The notes: generated by a model from the sequence alone, not told the origin. Counted from the first letter of the stretch, positions 9,225 through 20,279 are shown. The stretch is DNA of 64,000 bases from a candidate division WOR-3 bacterium (GCA_026986775.1 JALSNX010000009.1:54450-118449); one strand, 5' to 3'. Made by a program: numbers and translations.

Positions 9225-12038
9225 TCATTTTATTGTATCCAGATCTTCAGGTTTAAGTCCTATCTTTGAAAGATAATTCATTGCTTTCTGAGTATCGCCC
9301 TTTTCAAGATATATCTTTCCAAGATACAGATAATTCTCTCTAAGTCCTCTACCACGTGCCATACCCATGGACATATTGAGATATATAAGTGCACTATCCA
9401 TAAGACCCATATTGTAATACGTAATTCCTTTCATTGTAGCGAATGCAGGACTCGTAACATATTTCTGGGCTTCATCAATGTAAAACAGTGCCTTTTTATA
9501 CATTCCGGCCCGTCTGTACAACTCAGCAAGATACTGGTCAACATAAGCGAGAATTTCAGCTCTCTTATCCTCAAACGGGAGAATGTTGAGAGTCATAATT
9601 CTTGCTATTTTAAGTCCATTTTCTGCTTTTTCAAAATAATAATCCCTTCTTGCAGTATCTGTTTTCATCATATACTGGGCATAAGAAGCCTGATGAAGTG
9701 CAACAGCAGCAATGTTTTTAAGAACAAGTAAATGTGAACCGTCCTTGTACACCTTGGGGTCTGTCATGCCTCTATACCTAAACACATCTGGTCTGTATAT
9801 TGAATATTTATATTTTTCAAAGAATGTATCAACCGGTACATCACCGTGGAGTAAATAATCGGTTCTCTCAAGATTTACCGCTGCATCTCCTGCAGGACCA
9901 ACAATTCCACTTACTTTTTCACCAACAAGTTTAAACGCAAGTCCTTCAAGAACAAGATGGCCTGTGTATGGCTGATACACTTTTGGGTCACATGAGGTTG
10001 CAAAGTAAAGCGGGAATTTTAACTTTTTGCCATCAAGAACCTCTTCTACAAATCTCTTGTTGTCAAAGTAAATTTCTGGAATCTCTACATTCTGAAGTTT
10101 TCTGAATTTTCTGGGTTTGTAACCAACACTTGTTGCAATCATGTCTTTTATTATGATATCTCTCATAAGGAGCAAGGAACCATCGGGCATTACTATGGCA
10201 GGAGGCATATTAAGAAGTGTCTTTTCTGAAAGACTTATCGGTGCTCCTTTCTTTTTAAGTTGCACACAGTACCATCCAGTATTCAAATACGAGAGATTTG
10301 CATTTATAACATCGGTTCTATCCTTTAAGACTTCCTGAGCAGCCCATAGAGGGAACGTATCATTATCTCCATTAGTAAACAGAACACTCTTTCCTCTGGG
10401 TGATACAAGCAAATCATGTGCATAATCCTCAGCAACATAATTGTGATTTCTGTTTACAACTGGATAAAAAGCATGAAGTTGACCTGCAACCATTACAAAA
10501 GCCAGCGCCGCGCCAATTATGCCTACTCCATAGGTGAACTTCTGTTTTATATTGATCCAGAATAGCCTAAGAATCTCCCACAGACCAATGCCTGCATATA
10601 ATCCCGAAAACGTGTAGGCTCCTGCATAGAAGTAATCTCTATCTCTTACCTCTCTCGGGTTCCATGCATGAATTGGATGGGTTGGTGAGTCTTTGAGATT
10701 GAGATAAACAAGGAGGCCAAGAGACAGAATTAGAAATGTACCAAATACCAGAATGAATGTTTTCCTGTCATTTCCCCAGTGAGTAGCCATTCCAAATATA
10801 GCAAGTACGGTAATGGGTATTAAGAGTTCCCTATACTGCCAGCTCCAGTACAACCAGTATACCTTGAACTGGTCAATCCATGGGATGTTCCTTGGGAACA
10901 TTCCACCAGGACCATACTGTTTTCTCGTAAGAACATCCATAAAGGCCCTAAAGTTAGAAGGGTCTGCCTCATTAATGCTTGGATTATGAATTGCCCTTAG
11001 AATAAGAACAAGCTCAACACTTACAGCTATTATCATTAGAATGAGGGCAAATCCCTTCCAGTCTTTATAAAGCCTGGTAGATAAATAAGACCCAACAAGA
11101 AAAACAAGGCCTCCTACCCATGTCAGATGTGGATGTTTCACAAGCATACCAAAAATCACAACAACAAAGCCCATAATTCCAAGCCACAGAGTCCAGCCAC
11201 CCTCTCTGAAAAGATTACGTTTGTCAAGATAGTAATAAAGCATAACAACACTGATTGCAAAAAGAGCATACCATTTAAAGGATGGCTCATAAAGAATTTC
11301 AATAACGGATATAAGAATACCGGCAAGTCCGAAGGTACCCATAAACTCAAGGTCCCAGATAAGTTTTGGTTCAATAACCCATACAAACACAAACAGAACA
11401 GGGAAATACACAAGGGGCATAAGATGGATACCACTTGAAAGAACAAGAACATAGATGGTGAACAAAAGATACCTTATGCTATCCCTCTGGTCACGGTTCT
11501 TATACCATTTAAGAGTAACCCACACAAGAAAGGCTATAACAAAAACACTTGGAGTGTATGTTTCTGCCTCAATTGAGTTCATCCAGACGGTTCTTGCAAA
11601 AGCGCCGATGAATCCACCGAATATTCCTGCAAGGTGGGCAAAACCTTCTGGAAAACTTGTTTCCCACATCTCAATCACTTCAAATACTATAAGGTAAATA
11701 AATCCAGCTGTTAGAGCTCCCGTAGTCATTGAAACCATAGTTATTTTAAGTACTGTGTTTACAGGAATACTGCCTGTAAGAAGTTTGTAAAGGGGTGCAA
11801 GAGGTAACGGCATAAGGGTCATAAAGCGGCCAAGCACCACATACAGTGGTGTTCCAGGTGGATGGGGCACTCCAAAGCTTACACTACAGGCAAGGAACTC
11901 TCCAACATCCCAGAAAACGATGGTTGGAGCTGTGGTAATAAAGTATACAAGCCAGGTAATAAAACTGACGAGCGCAAAAATAATCCATTTGCGGGTGTTT
12001 TTTGACATTACTTCCTCCTTGTTAAAAGATAAAATCAA
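9225..12038 (-). CDS. DUF2723 / TMEM260-like GT-C fold membrane glycosyltransferase-like protein with C-terminal TPR repeats
   Basis: About 12 transmembrane helices. WDVGEF ... GVPHPPGTPLY loop motif characteristic of DUF2723/PMT-like GT-C. C-terminal TPR-like repeats. The start overlaps the ntpD stop by 4 bp. Confidence 0.75.
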   Translation of the reverse strand: MILSFNKEEVMSKNTRKWIIFALVSFITWLVYFITTAPTIVFWDVGEFLACSVSFGVPHPPGTPLYVVLGRFMTLMPLPLAPLYKLLTGSIPVNTVLKITMVSMTTGALTAGFIYLIVFEVIEMWETSFPEGFAHLAGIFGGFIGAFARTVWMNSIEAETYTPSVFVIAFLVWVTLKWYKNRDQRDSIRYLLFTIYVLVLSSGIHLMPLVYFPVLFVFVWVIEPKLIWDLEFMGTFGLAGILISVIEILYEPSFKWYALFAISVVMLYYYLDKRNLFREGGWTLWLGIMGFVVVIFGMLVKHPHLTWVGGLVFLVGSYLSTRLYKDWKGFALILMIIAVSVELVLILRAIHNPSINEADPSNFRAFMDVLTRKQYGPGGMFPRNIPWIDQFKVYWLYWSWQYRELLIPITVLAIFGMATHWGNDRKTFILVFGTFLILSLGLLVYLNLKDSPTHPIHAWNPREVRDRDYFYAGAYTFSGLYAGIGLWEILRLFWINIKQKFTYGVGIIGAALAFVMVAGQLHAFYPVVNRNHNYVAEDYAHDLLVSPRGKSVLFTNGDNDTFPLWAAQEVLKDRTDVINANLSYLNTGWYCVQLKKKGAPISLSEKTLLNMPPAIVMPDGSLLLMRDIIIKDMIATSVGYKPRKFRKLQNVEIPEIYFDNKRFVEEVLDGKKLKFPLYFATSCDPKVYQPYTGHLVLEGLAFKLVGEKVSGIVGPAGDAAVNLERTDYLLHGDVPVDTFFEKYKYSIYRPDVFRYRGMTDPKVYKDGSHLLVLKNIAAVALHQASYAQYMMKTDTARRDYYFEKAENGLKIARIMTLNILPFEDKRAEILAYVDQYLAELYRRAGMYKKALFYIDEAQKYVTSPAFATMKGITYYNMGLMDSALIYLNMSMGMARGRGLRENYLYLGKIYLEKGDTQKAMNYLSKIGLKPEDLDTIK

Positions 12039-12655
12039 TGCTCCCTAACAATATCCTTGATTTTCATAAGACGGGTAATATCGGAACGTTCCATTTCCGC
12101 AAGTTTCTGAGTAATAAACTTAACCGTATCCTCAAGCTCAGGAATTAATCTGAACTCAAGAGCATTAACTCTTCTTCTCGTTCTTTCTATTTCTACAGCT
12201 AAAAGTTCAAGTGTTTTTTCTCTCTCTGCAAGCTCAATTAAAGATTTTAATGCCTTATCAAGGGCCTTAAGGGCCATATCAAGTTCAGGTGGGGTATCAG
12301 CAAATCCATAAGAAAGCACATCGCCCTCTATGCTTTCTTTAAATACTGGCACAGAAAAGGTCAGGAGTTTCTTCTGTTCTATTGTAAGGTGCAGTTTCTT
12401 TGTGGGTATCAGGAAAGCTTCGCCCAGCACCTCTTCATCACAACTGGCCTTTGCCATAGCGTATTTTCTCTGTGCAATCTTCAGCTCCTTTTCAACCTGC
12501 GCTCTAAGTTCGCGTATTCCTTTCAGCAGTGTGAATAGTTGTCTTACGAGCTCGTCCTGTTTATCCTTTAAGAGTTTATGCCCCCTTTTTGCAATCTGGA
12601 TACGCCTTTTGAGGCGTAAAAGCTCCATTCTGTTGGGATTAACATTGCCTACCAT
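12035..12655 (-). CDS. ntpD: V/A-type ATP synthase subunit D
   Basis: N-terminal NPNRMELLRLKRRIQIAKRGHKLLKDKQDEL is typical of V-type subunit D. Position after A and B. Confidence 0.9.
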   Translation of the reverse strand: MVGNVNPNRMELLRLKRRIQIAKRGHKLLKDKQDELVRQLFTLLKGIRELRAQVEKELKIAQRKYAMAKASCDEEVLGEAFLIPTKKLHLTIEQKKLLTFSVPVFKESIEGDVLSYGFADTPPELDMALKALDKALKSLIELAEREKTLELLAVEIERTRRRVNALEFRLIPELEDTVKFITQKLAEMERSDITRLMKIKDIVREH

Positions 12656-12676
12656 GAAGTTCTCCTGAAAATAAAA

Positions 12677-12748
12677 AAGCGGGAGACGGGATTTGAACCC
12701 GCGACCCCAACCTTGGCAAGGTCGTGCTCTACCACTGAGCTACTCCCG
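12677..12748 (-). tRNA. tRNA-Gly (GCC)
   Basis: The reverse complement reads GCGGGAGTAGCTCAGTGGTAGAGCACGACCTTGCCAAGGTTGGGGTCGCGGGTTCAAATCCCGTCTCCCGCT. It has a cloverleaf with anticodon loop CTTGCCAAG and a TTCAAAT T-loop. CCA is not encoded. Confidence 0.9.
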
Positions 12749-12784
12749 CATGTTTTAATATTATAAAATACGCACACCGTAAAA

Positions 12785-14203
12785 TCAAGCATTCTTCTTC
12801 TGGAACCTTGGCAAATACTTATCCAGATACTCGGGCCTTATTCTCTTGAGTTCTGCCTTCGGGAACATGGAAAGAAGCTCCCAGCCAAGGTCTAAGGTCT
12901 CAATGACGCTTCTATTTTCGTATTCTCCCTGCCCAATATACCTTTCTTCAAATACCTCTGCAAATTTAAAGTATAGCTTGTCCATATCAGACAGGGCTGC
13001 TTCACCCAGAATAACTGCAAGTTCCTGTGCCTCCTTGCCCCTTGCATAAGCGGCGTACAGCTGGTTGAACAGGTCTGCATGGTCCTCTCTGGTCTTGTCC
13101 CTTCCAATTCCCTTGTCTTTTAATCTTGAAAGCGAAGGAAGTACATCTATTGGAGGATAGATCTTCCTTCTGTGAAGAGACCTTGAAAGAATAATCTGTC
13201 CTTCTGTAATATACCCTGTAAGGTCTGGTATAGGATGAGTCTTGTCATCCTCAGGCATGGTGAGAATGGGTATGAGAGTTATTGACCCTTTCTTTCCCTT
13301 TATCCTTCCAGCCCTTTCATAAATCGTTGAAAGGTCCGTATAAAGATAACCAGGATACCCTCTCCTTCCTGGCACTTCCTTTCTTGCAGCAGAAATTTCC
13401 CTGAGAGCCTCACAGTAATTGGTCATATCCGTTAAAATTACGAGAACATGCATATCTTTGTCAAATGCAAGGTACTCGGCAGTGGTAAGCACCACTCTGG
13501 GTGTGGCAATTCTCTCAATAGCGGGTTCGTTGGCAAGGTTGATAAATAGAACCGTTCTGCCCATTGCTCCCGTCTTTTTAAATTCAGAGATGAAGTAATC
13601 AGCCTCTTCAAAAGTAAGTCCCATCGCTCCAAACACAACAGCGAACTTCTCATTTGACCCTAAAACCGTTGCCTGACGCGCAATCTGTGCTGCGAGTTTA
13701 TTATGAGGAAGCCCTGAACCGGAGAATATGGGTAACTTCTGCCCCCTCACAAGCGTATTGAGGCCATCAATAGCTGAAATCCCTGTTTGTATAAACTCAT
13801 TTGGATAGTCTCTTGCATAAGGGTTAATGGGTGCACCGTTTATATCCGCTCTTTTTTCAGGTATAATTGGCGGACCACCATCACGGGGAAGCCCAAGTCC
13901 AGTGAATGTTCTTCCCAGCATTTCGGTTGAGAGGTCAATTTCAATACCCCTACCTTTAAAGCGAATATAAGTTGATGGAACATCAATTCCCGTTGTCCCT
14001 TCAAACACCTGTAAAAGCGCCTTATCGTTTTCAACCATCAGAACCTGTCCTCTTCTGATTTCTCCATCGGGCAGTGTTATCTCCGCAAGCTCGCCATATT
14101 TTACCCCTTTTACCCCCTCCACAAAGAGAAGAGGGCCCTGAATTTCACTAACGGTCCTATAATAGGTGAGACTCTTTCTAACTCTTTGCTGGTTGAGTGA
14201 CAT
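12785..14203 (-). CDS. ntpB: V/A-type ATP synthase subunit B
   Basis: 472 aa. Non-catalytic alpha/beta-family fold motifs ([26 protein letters not shown]). Confidence 0.95.
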   Translation of the reverse strand: MSLNQQRVRKSLTYYRTVSEIQGPLLFVEGVKGVKYGELAEITLPDGEIRRGQVLMVENDKALLQVFEGTTGIDVPSTYIRFKGRGIEIDLSTEMLGRTFTGLGLPRDGGPPIIPEKRADINGAPINPYARDYPNEFIQTGISAIDGLNTLVRGQKLPIFSGSGLPHNKLAAQIARQATVLGSNEKFAVVFGAMGLTFEEADYFISEFKKTGAMGRTVLFINLANEPAIERIATPRVVLTTAEYLAFDKDMHVLVILTDMTNYCEALREISAARKEVPGRRGYPGYLYTDLSTIYERAGRIKGKKGSITLIPILTMPEDDKTHPIPDLTGYITEGQIILSRSLHRRKIYPPIDVLPSLSRLKDKGIGRDKTREDHADLFNQLYAAYARGKEAQELAVILGEAALSDMDKLYFKFAEVFEERYIGQGEYENRSVIETLDLGWELLSMFPKAELKRIRPEYLDKYLPRFQKKNA

Positions 14204-15932
14204 CCTTTATCTCCTTTAGAAGTTTTTCAAGTTCATTTAATTCTGATTCTGGATAATATTTCATCCTTGCAAGTTTTTCCCAGATATCAAGTTGCTTGAT
14301 CTCTTTTATATCTGACCCGCGAGAAAGTAAAGATGAGGCCTTTTTATACCACTCCATAATGTTTCTGAGCATCAAATACTGCTTCTTTAATGAGGCGTAA
14401 GTATCCACCTCATGAAATGCATTCTGATGCAGGAAATCTTCTCTTATACTTCTTGCAATTTCAAGAAGTAACTGGTCCTGAGGAGAAAGAGATTCTGCAC
14501 CAACGAGCCTCACGATTTCCTCAAGTTCTGCCTCTTTTTCAAGTATCTTCATTGCTTCAGTAGAAAGTTCAAAGAAGTCTTTTGACACGTTTTCATCAAA
14601 GTATTCTTTTACAGTATCGCGATAAAGTGAATAACTCGTTAGCCAGTTAATAGCAGGAAAGTGTCTTCTATATGCGAGTTTGGCCTCAAGACTCCAGAAC
14701 ACCTTTACAACCCTCAAAGTAGCCTGCACAACAGGGTCCTGAAGATCTCCACCGGGAGGTGATACTGCACCAATTACTGTAAGTGCACCCTCTTTATCTT
14801 CCGAACCAAGACACCTTACCCTGCCTGCTCTTTCATAGAACTGTGCAACACGTGCAGCAAGATAGGCAGGATACCCTTCCTCACCGGGCATCTCTTCAAG
14901 TCTTCCTGATATTTCTCTCATAGCCTCTGCCCAGCGGGAGGTTGAATCTGCCATCAAAGCCACTGTATACCCCATATCCCTGAAATATTCTGCTATTGTA
15001 ATTCCTGTGTACACAGATGCTTCACGTGCTGCCACAGGCATATTTGATGTATTTGCAATAAGAACTGTCCTGTTCATGAGTGGTTTTCCACTACGGGGGT
15101 CTTTTAGTTCGGGAAATTCAATTAACACGTCTGTCATCTCATTTCCGCGCTCCCCGCATCCTATATATACAACAATATCAGCATCAGACCACTTTGCGAG
15201 CTGATGCTGAATAACAGTTTTACCTGAACCAAATGGCCCTGGAACACATGCGGTGCCGCCCTTTGCTACAGGGAAAAAGGTGTCTATAACCCTCTGCCCT
15301 GTAACCATTGGTATTGTCGGTGGAAGTTTTTCTTTGTATGGTCTTGGCTTTCTGACAGGCCACACCTGCATCATCATGGCGTTATGGATTTCTCCATCCT
15401 TTTTCTTTATCTTTGCAATCGTATCTGTAACAGTAAACTCTCCTTCCTGTATATCTTCCAGGACCCCTTCCACATCAGGTGGAACCATGATGATATGCTT
15501 TACAAGAGGAGTTTCCTGAACGTATCCAAGTGGGTCTCCTCCAGTAACCTCATCACCCTTTTTAGCAACTGGTATAAAATGCCATTTCTTTTCTCTATCA
15601 AGTGCAGGAACATGTACTCCTCTTTCTATAAAATCTCCCACCTTCTCTCTTATTGCATCAAGAGGTCGTTCAATTCCATCAAAGATGGACTCAAGGAGAC
15701 CCGGTCCAAGTTCAACTGAAAGCGGTGCTCCTGATGGATATACAGGGTCACCAGGACCGAGCCCTCCGGTTTCCTCATAAACCTGTATGGAGGCCGTATC
15801 TCCTTTAAGTTCAATAATTTCACCCATGAGACGTTCGTGGCCAACATAAACAACTTCATACATCTTTGCACCCGAAAGACCTTCGGCCACTACAAGGGGA
15901 CCTGCAATTTTAACTATTCTTCCTTCCTTCAT
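14178..15932 (-). CDS. ntpA: V/A-type ATP synthase catalytic subunit A
   Basis: 584 aa. P-loop GPFGSGKT, plus the insert region typical of A subunits. Confidence 0.95.
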   Translation of the reverse strand: MKEGRIVKIAGPLVVAEGLSGAKMYEVVYVGHERLMGEIIELKGDTASIQVYEETGGLGPGDPVYPSGAPLSVELGPGLLESIFDGIERPLDAIREKVGDFIERGVHVPALDREKKWHFIPVAKKGDEVTGGDPLGYVQETPLVKHIIMVPPDVEGVLEDIQEGEFTVTDTIAKIKKKDGEIHNAMMMQVWPVRKPRPYKEKLPPTIPMVTGQRVIDTFFPVAKGGTACVPGPFGSGKTVIQHQLAKWSDADIVVYIGCGERGNEMTDVLIEFPELKDPRSGKPLMNRTVLIANTSNMPVAAREASVYTGITIAEYFRDMGYTVALMADSTSRWAEAMREISGRLEEMPGEEGYPAYLAARVAQFYERAGRVRCLGSEDKEGALTVIGAVSPPGGDLQDPVVQATLRVVKVFWSLEAKLAYRRHFPAINWLTSYSLYRDTVKEYFDENVSKDFFELSTEAMKILEKEAELEEIVRLVGAESLSPQDQLLLEIARSIREDFLHQNAFHEVDTYASLKKQYLMLRNIMEWYKKASSLLSRGSDIKEIKQLDIWEKLARMKYYPESELNELEKLLKEIKDVTQPAKS

Positions 15933-15941
15933 TTCTCCCTC

Positions 15942-16247
15942 CTAAAAAATATCGGCTCCTACAGCCCTTCTAATGAGAAGTCTCAACCTTTCCTGAGCAT
16001 AGCCCTCTGCCCCTCTTCCGGGGATGGGGACAATAGTAGGAAACAATTTTTCTCTGTTCTCCATAATGAGTTTAATATTGTGTTTAAAGTAGACCTCTTC
16101 AAGAAAAACCAGTTTTGTTCCTTCCTCAATATGTTTTTTTAGCACCTTCTCGGATTCTGAAGCTGAATGAACTATCTCAACAGAAGCTCCTGTAGCCCTG
16201 AAAGGTTCCACTATTTCAGCATTTCCTATTACTACTATTTCCTTCAC
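15942..16247 (-). CDS. ntpF: V/A-type ATP synthase subunit F
   Basis: 101 aa with the MKEIVVIGNAEIVEPFRATG subunit-F signature. Position between C and A. Confidence 0.8.
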   Translation of the reverse strand: MKEIVVIGNAEIVEPFRATGASVEIVHSASESEKVLKKHIEEGTKLVFLEEVYFKHNIKLIMENREKLFPTIVPIPGRGAEGYAQERLRLLIRRAVGADIF

Positions 16248-17266
16248 CCTATCACCTCCGGTACCCTTTTCTGAAGCTCATCCTGTTCCACACCAACCAG
16301 TTTTCCTGTTATGATTATCTTTAAAACCCTGGTTTCATGCATTCTTGCCAGAAAATATGCCATAACAGGCTCATGTCCCATGTCAATATATCGCGCTGTT
16401 CGCAAATAATCAATAACATAGTTATCATATCCTTTCTCAAGAAGAAGAACATCCCCCGTGCGCTGAAATTCAGATAGACCCTCTTTCAGATAGTCATAGT
16501 AAGGAAGAGACTCAATCTCTTTGAAAAATTCCTGTTCTGAAAGAACCTTCCTGAAAAATTCCAGGGGAATAAAGCCACCATCAAGCAAATACTCATTAAG
16601 ATACTCCATTTTCTCCATCATATTCAATCTGAGGTACGTAAAAATATTGGTAAAATCCGCCTTTATCCTGTAGTAATTTTTCAAAAACTCACTTCTGTAT
16701 TCAGAAACAATTTCACCATAAAAATACCTGTCTATCACTGTATCTATTTTCCTTATCTCATGCTTTTCATAATAAGCTTCTATGGCAAGTTCCGCAGCTT
16801 TAGCAAGCTCAGGTTGTAAAAGATTGAATTTATCCTCTTTGAGTGCCTCATACATTAGAGTAAAAGGGAAATTCACAGTATCATAAACAAGCACTCCATC
16901 TCTACTTTTCTCACTGACCACCAGTTTAAGAGCAATTCTGAGGTTTTTAAAATCGTATTCCCACAGGAGTTCCTTCAAATAATCCTTTTCAAGAAGTTCA
17001 GCTACTATTTCAAATGTTTCTTTTCTGACCTGTGGAATGACCTTTGCAAACTCTTCAGGTCTCTCTATACCCTGAAGAAATCTGGAATAATATGTATCCT
17101 GCAGGTTACGAAATACCTCACCGGCATCTTTTAACTCTTTTAGCCTCTGTATACGAACCCTGTCTACAAGAGAAAGTTCAAGAGCCCTTATTCGTCCACA
17201 GGCATATGTGTAAAAAGGCTCTTCCTTTCCATATGAAGGGAATCTGGTAAAAGGTAGAGATATCAT
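16244..17266 (-). CDS. ntpC: V/A-type ATP synthase subunit C (d-subunit homolog)
   Basis: 340-aa helical protein at the operon position between E and F. Confidence 0.8.
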   Translation of the reverse strand: MISLPFTRFPSYGKEEPFYTYACGRIRALELSLVDRVRIQRLKELKDAGEVFRNLQDTYYSRFLQGIERPEEFAKVIPQVRKETFEIVAELLEKDYLKELLWEYDFKNLRIALKLVVSEKSRDGVLVYDTVNFPFTLMYEALKEDKFNLLQPELAKAAELAIEAYYEKHEIRKIDTVIDRYFYGEIVSEYRSEFLKNYYRIKADFTNIFTYLRLNMMEKMEYLNEYLLDGGFIPLEFFRKVLSEQEFFKEIESLPYYDYLKEGLSEFQRTGDVLLLEKGYDNYVIDYLRTARYIDMGHEPVMAYFLARMHETRVLKIIITGKLVGVEQDELQKRVPEVIG

Positions 17267-17844
17267 TTTTCAAAAAGGACTTTTACTATTTCGGGCAACA
17301 GGTCTTCTCCAAAGGTAGCAAAAAGTACTGGAAAAGACACATCCACAATCCTCTTCCCCTTTTTCAATTTGAAACCGCCACCCATATCTTCTCTTTCGTC
17401 AGACAGCTTCAGCCTCCAGTTATGACGTCTATTCAGCTCATCAATAAAAGTGCCATCTATCCTCTTTTCATTTACATCCAGCACAACTTCCTCATCTCCA
17501 TCCTGCACAGCAAGACTAAATAACTTCTCTGCATGTTTCCTGTAGTTTTCACTATCTTCGTTCTTCAAAAGCACTGTAGCACGTTTGAACACGGTTTCAA
17601 TTATTTCCCTCTTTCTGGCAGTAATATTCTTTTCTTCATTTATCCTTTCCTCTTCCTTTATTGCCTGTATGCGTGCTTTCTTCTCCTCCTGAGCCTCTCT
17701 TTTAGCATATGTGATGATTTTTATTTTTTCCTTCTCAGCCTGCTTCAGTATCTTTTGCCTTTCTTCTTCCGCTTCCTGGAGAATCTGTGAGGCTTTATTC
17801 TCTGCCTCTTTTTTTATCTTCTGAATTAGTTTTTCTATGGGCAA
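17263..17844 (-). CDS. ntpE: V/A-type ATP synthase subunit E
   Basis: 193 aa. Highly charged helical N-terminus with a globular C-terminus. Position after K. Confidence 0.8.
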   Translation of the reverse strand: MPIEKLIQKIKKEAENKASQILQEAEEERQKILKQAEKEKIKIITYAKREAQEEKKARIQAIKEEERINEEKNITARKREIIETVFKRATVLLKNEDSENYRKHAEKLFSLAVQDGDEEVVLDVNEKRIDGTFIDELNRRHNWRLKLSDEREDMGGGFKLKKGKRIVDVSFPVLFATFGEDLLPEIVKVLFEK

Positions 17845-17862
17845 TTTCAGACCCTCTCTTTC

Positions 17863-18363
<501 letters not shown>

Positions 18364-18367
18364 TTAA

Positions 18368-18395
18368 ATTATACGGTTTTTGATTTAAAAGTCAA
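18368..18395 (-). promoter_or_regulatory. Sigma70-like promoter for the V/A-ATPase operon (TTGACT-N16-TATAAT)
   Basis: Minus strand reads TTGACTtttaaatcaaaaaccgTATAAT. It is followed by AAGGAGG and the ntpK ATG at 18336. Confidence 0.55.
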
Positions 18396-18410
18396 AAGAT
18401 TCACTTGCCC

Positions 18411-18503
18411 TCACTCTGAAAGGAGTTTCCAGAATGAATAAACAAGAAGGGCAAGTATAACTCCCCAGAAAGTCAGCATAAAAATCCATCCAAGAGTCGT
18501 CAT
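18411..18503 (-). CDS. MetS-like NSS-transporter small subunit (30-aa single-TM peptide)
   Basis: Encodes MTTLGWIFMLTFWGVILALLVYSFWKLLSE. Its ATG overlaps the TGA of the upstream SNF transporter as ATGA. It is absent from the ORF track because it is shorter than 60 aa. Confidence 0.5.
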   Translation of the reverse strand: MTTLGWIFMLTFWGVILALLVYSFWKLLSE

Positions 18504-20041
18504 CTTTGCTCCTCCCTTTTTCTCTTTTTATCCCAGGCAATTTTAACAAGCACCATACCTGCAATAAGGAAAAGAGCCATTATAACCCTCGCAAGAATGA
18601 TGTATGGTCTATCTGCAGGAGATACACCTTCCATAAGGAGTTTTGCTTTTCCGTCAGTCAGTGCCCAGTAAAGGAAGATGAAGGTAAGGAACACGGGTGT
18701 AATATACCTGACTATATAGTAGAAAATACCGGGAACCTTAATTTTCGCGCCCTTATGAAGCTCCTCCCATCCTCTCTTTGTCCCAAAGGCATAATTGAAA
18801 ATGAATATTTCAAGCGTGGCAAAGAAGGCAAGACCAAATGTTCCCATCCACCAGTCAATCTCATCTAAAAAACCGTGTGAAAGGAAGAAAATAACCGGCT
18901 GGGAAAATACAAAAAGTATGACTCCCACAATAAGGGCTGCATTTTTTCTACTTATGCCAAGTTCGTCTTCAAGAAATGCCACGGGAGGTTGCGCAAGTGC
19001 AACTGAAGATGTAATTCCAGCAAAGAATAAAAGCAAGAACCATAAAGCAGAGAATATACTTCCAAACGGAATTTTTGCAAACACAAGAGGAAGGGTTTTA
19101 AATCCAAGGTCAAAGGTTCCTGCAATCTTTGAAATCTCAGGCCCGAAGAAGGCAAAGGCAGCCGGGATAGCTATTGTGCCACCGAGTATTACTTCAGCAA
19201 ACTCATTTGTGGATGCTGTGGTAAGGCCTGCAAGAGCAATGTCCTCATGTTCCCTTACATAGCTTGCATAACACTGAATAGCGCCAATACCGAGACTGAG
19301 GGTAAAAAATATCTGTCCGGCTGCAGCAAGCCATGTGGCACCATCTTTCAAGGCATCAAACCTTGGATTCCACATAAACCCAAGTCCATTGTTTATATTC
19401 CATGCTGGGTGGTTAATCGGGTCAGGTGTACCAATTGTGAGAACTCTAATCACAAGTAAAACTGCAAATATGAAAAGAGCGGGCATGGCAATCTTTGCCA
19501 GCTTTTCTATACCACCTGACACCCCCCTCATTATAACCCATATTGTTATGGCAAATCCCACAAGATAAAACAAATAAGCAGGTCCAATGCTCTTAAAATA
19601 AGCATTGTGAGCAACACCTATATAGCCATTGAAGAAATCCTTGGCCTGTGCAAAAGCTACAAAATTCATTTTCCCAATAAGGGAGTAAAATGCGTATCCC
19701 AGAGACCATGTCATAACATAAACATAGTAAACGCCAATCATAAGTGGTAAAAGCACACCGATGGAACCAATATATTTTGCTAAAGGACTCTTCCACATTT
19801 CATCAAACATACCTGGTGTAGTTCCATGTCCCTTTGTGCCTCCAAATCTTCCTATTGTCCACTCAACCCACATAAGAGGGATACCCAGGAGTAAAAAGGC
19901 GAGAAAATATGGAATCATGAATGCACCGCCACCATGCTTCGCTGCCTGCACAGGAAACCTCAGAAAATTTCCCAATCCTACAGCATTGCCGGCAACGGCA
20001 AGTACAAGCCCTATTCTGGAACCCCAGTGTTCTCTCTTCAT
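18500..20041 (-). CDS. Sodium:neurotransmitter symporter (NSS/SNF) family transporter
   Basis: N-terminal WGSRIGLVLAVAGNAVGLGNFLRFP signature of the SNF family. About 12 transmembrane helices. Confidence 0.9.
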   Translation of the reverse strand: MKREHWGSRIGLVLAVAGNAVGLGNFLRFPVQAAKHGGGAFMIPYFLAFLLLGIPLMWVEWTIGRFGGTKGHGTTPGMFDEMWKSPLAKYIGSIGVLLPLMIGVYYVYVMTWSLGYAFYSLIGKMNFVAFAQAKDFFNGYIGVAHNAYFKSIGPAYLFYLVGFAITIWVIMRGVSGGIEKLAKIAMPALFIFAVLLVIRVLTIGTPDPINHPAWNINNGLGFMWNPRFDALKDGATWLAAAGQIFFTLSLGIGAIQCYASYVREHEDIALAGLTTASTNEFAEVILGGTIAIPAAFAFFGPEISKIAGTFDLGFKTLPLVFAKIPFGSIFSALWFLLLFFAGITSSVALAQPPVAFLEDELGISRKNAALIVGVILFVFSQPVIFFLSHGFLDEIDWWMGTFGLAFFATLEIFIFNYAFGTKRGWEELHKGAKIKVPGIFYYIVRYITPVFLTFIFLYWALTDGKAKLLMEGVSPADRPYIILARVIMALFLIAGMVLVKIAWDKKRKREEQR

Positions 20042-20126
20042 CTAAAACCTCCTTTTTGGGAAAGGAACAAGTAGTGTTTATGTAAGTACCGGTATTGTTT
20101 TTTCATGAGAATTCAAAAATAAAAAA

Positions 20127-20200
20127 GGGTGAGAGAGGGGACTCGAACCCCCAACCACTGGAGCCACAGTCCAGCGCTCTGCCAGTTGAGCTACTCTCAC
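20127..20200 (-). tRNA. tRNA-His (GTG) with genomically encoded G-1
   Basis: The reverse complement reads gGTGAGAGTAGCTCAACTGGCAGAGCGCTGGACTGTGGCTCCAGTGGTTGGGGGTTCGAGTCCCCTCTCTCACc. Anticodon loop CTGTGGC. The extra 5' G pairs with the C73 discriminator. Confidence 0.85.
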
Positions 20201-20205
20201 CACAT

Positions 20206-20279
20206 ACGCGCCCGGAGGGACTCGAACCCCCAACCAGTGGATTAGAAATCCACTGCTCTATCCTGTTGAGCTACGGGCG
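20206..20279 (-). tRNA. tRNA-Arg (TCT)
   Basis: The reverse complement reads GCGCCCGTAGCTCAACAGGATAGAGCAGTGGATTTCTAATCCACTGGTTGGGGGTTCGAGTCCCTCCGGGCGCg. Anticodon loop TTTCTAA. Confidence 0.85.

Noticed and set aside
9225-12038. Possibility that the 937-aa membrane protein is the missing V-ATPase subunit I (a)
   Set aside because: Subunit a has an N-terminal cytoplasmic domain of about 300 aa followed by 8 TM helices. This protein has the inverse layout (N-terminal polytopic domain, C-terminal soluble TPR) and carries the DUF2723 WDxGEF/HPPG motif.
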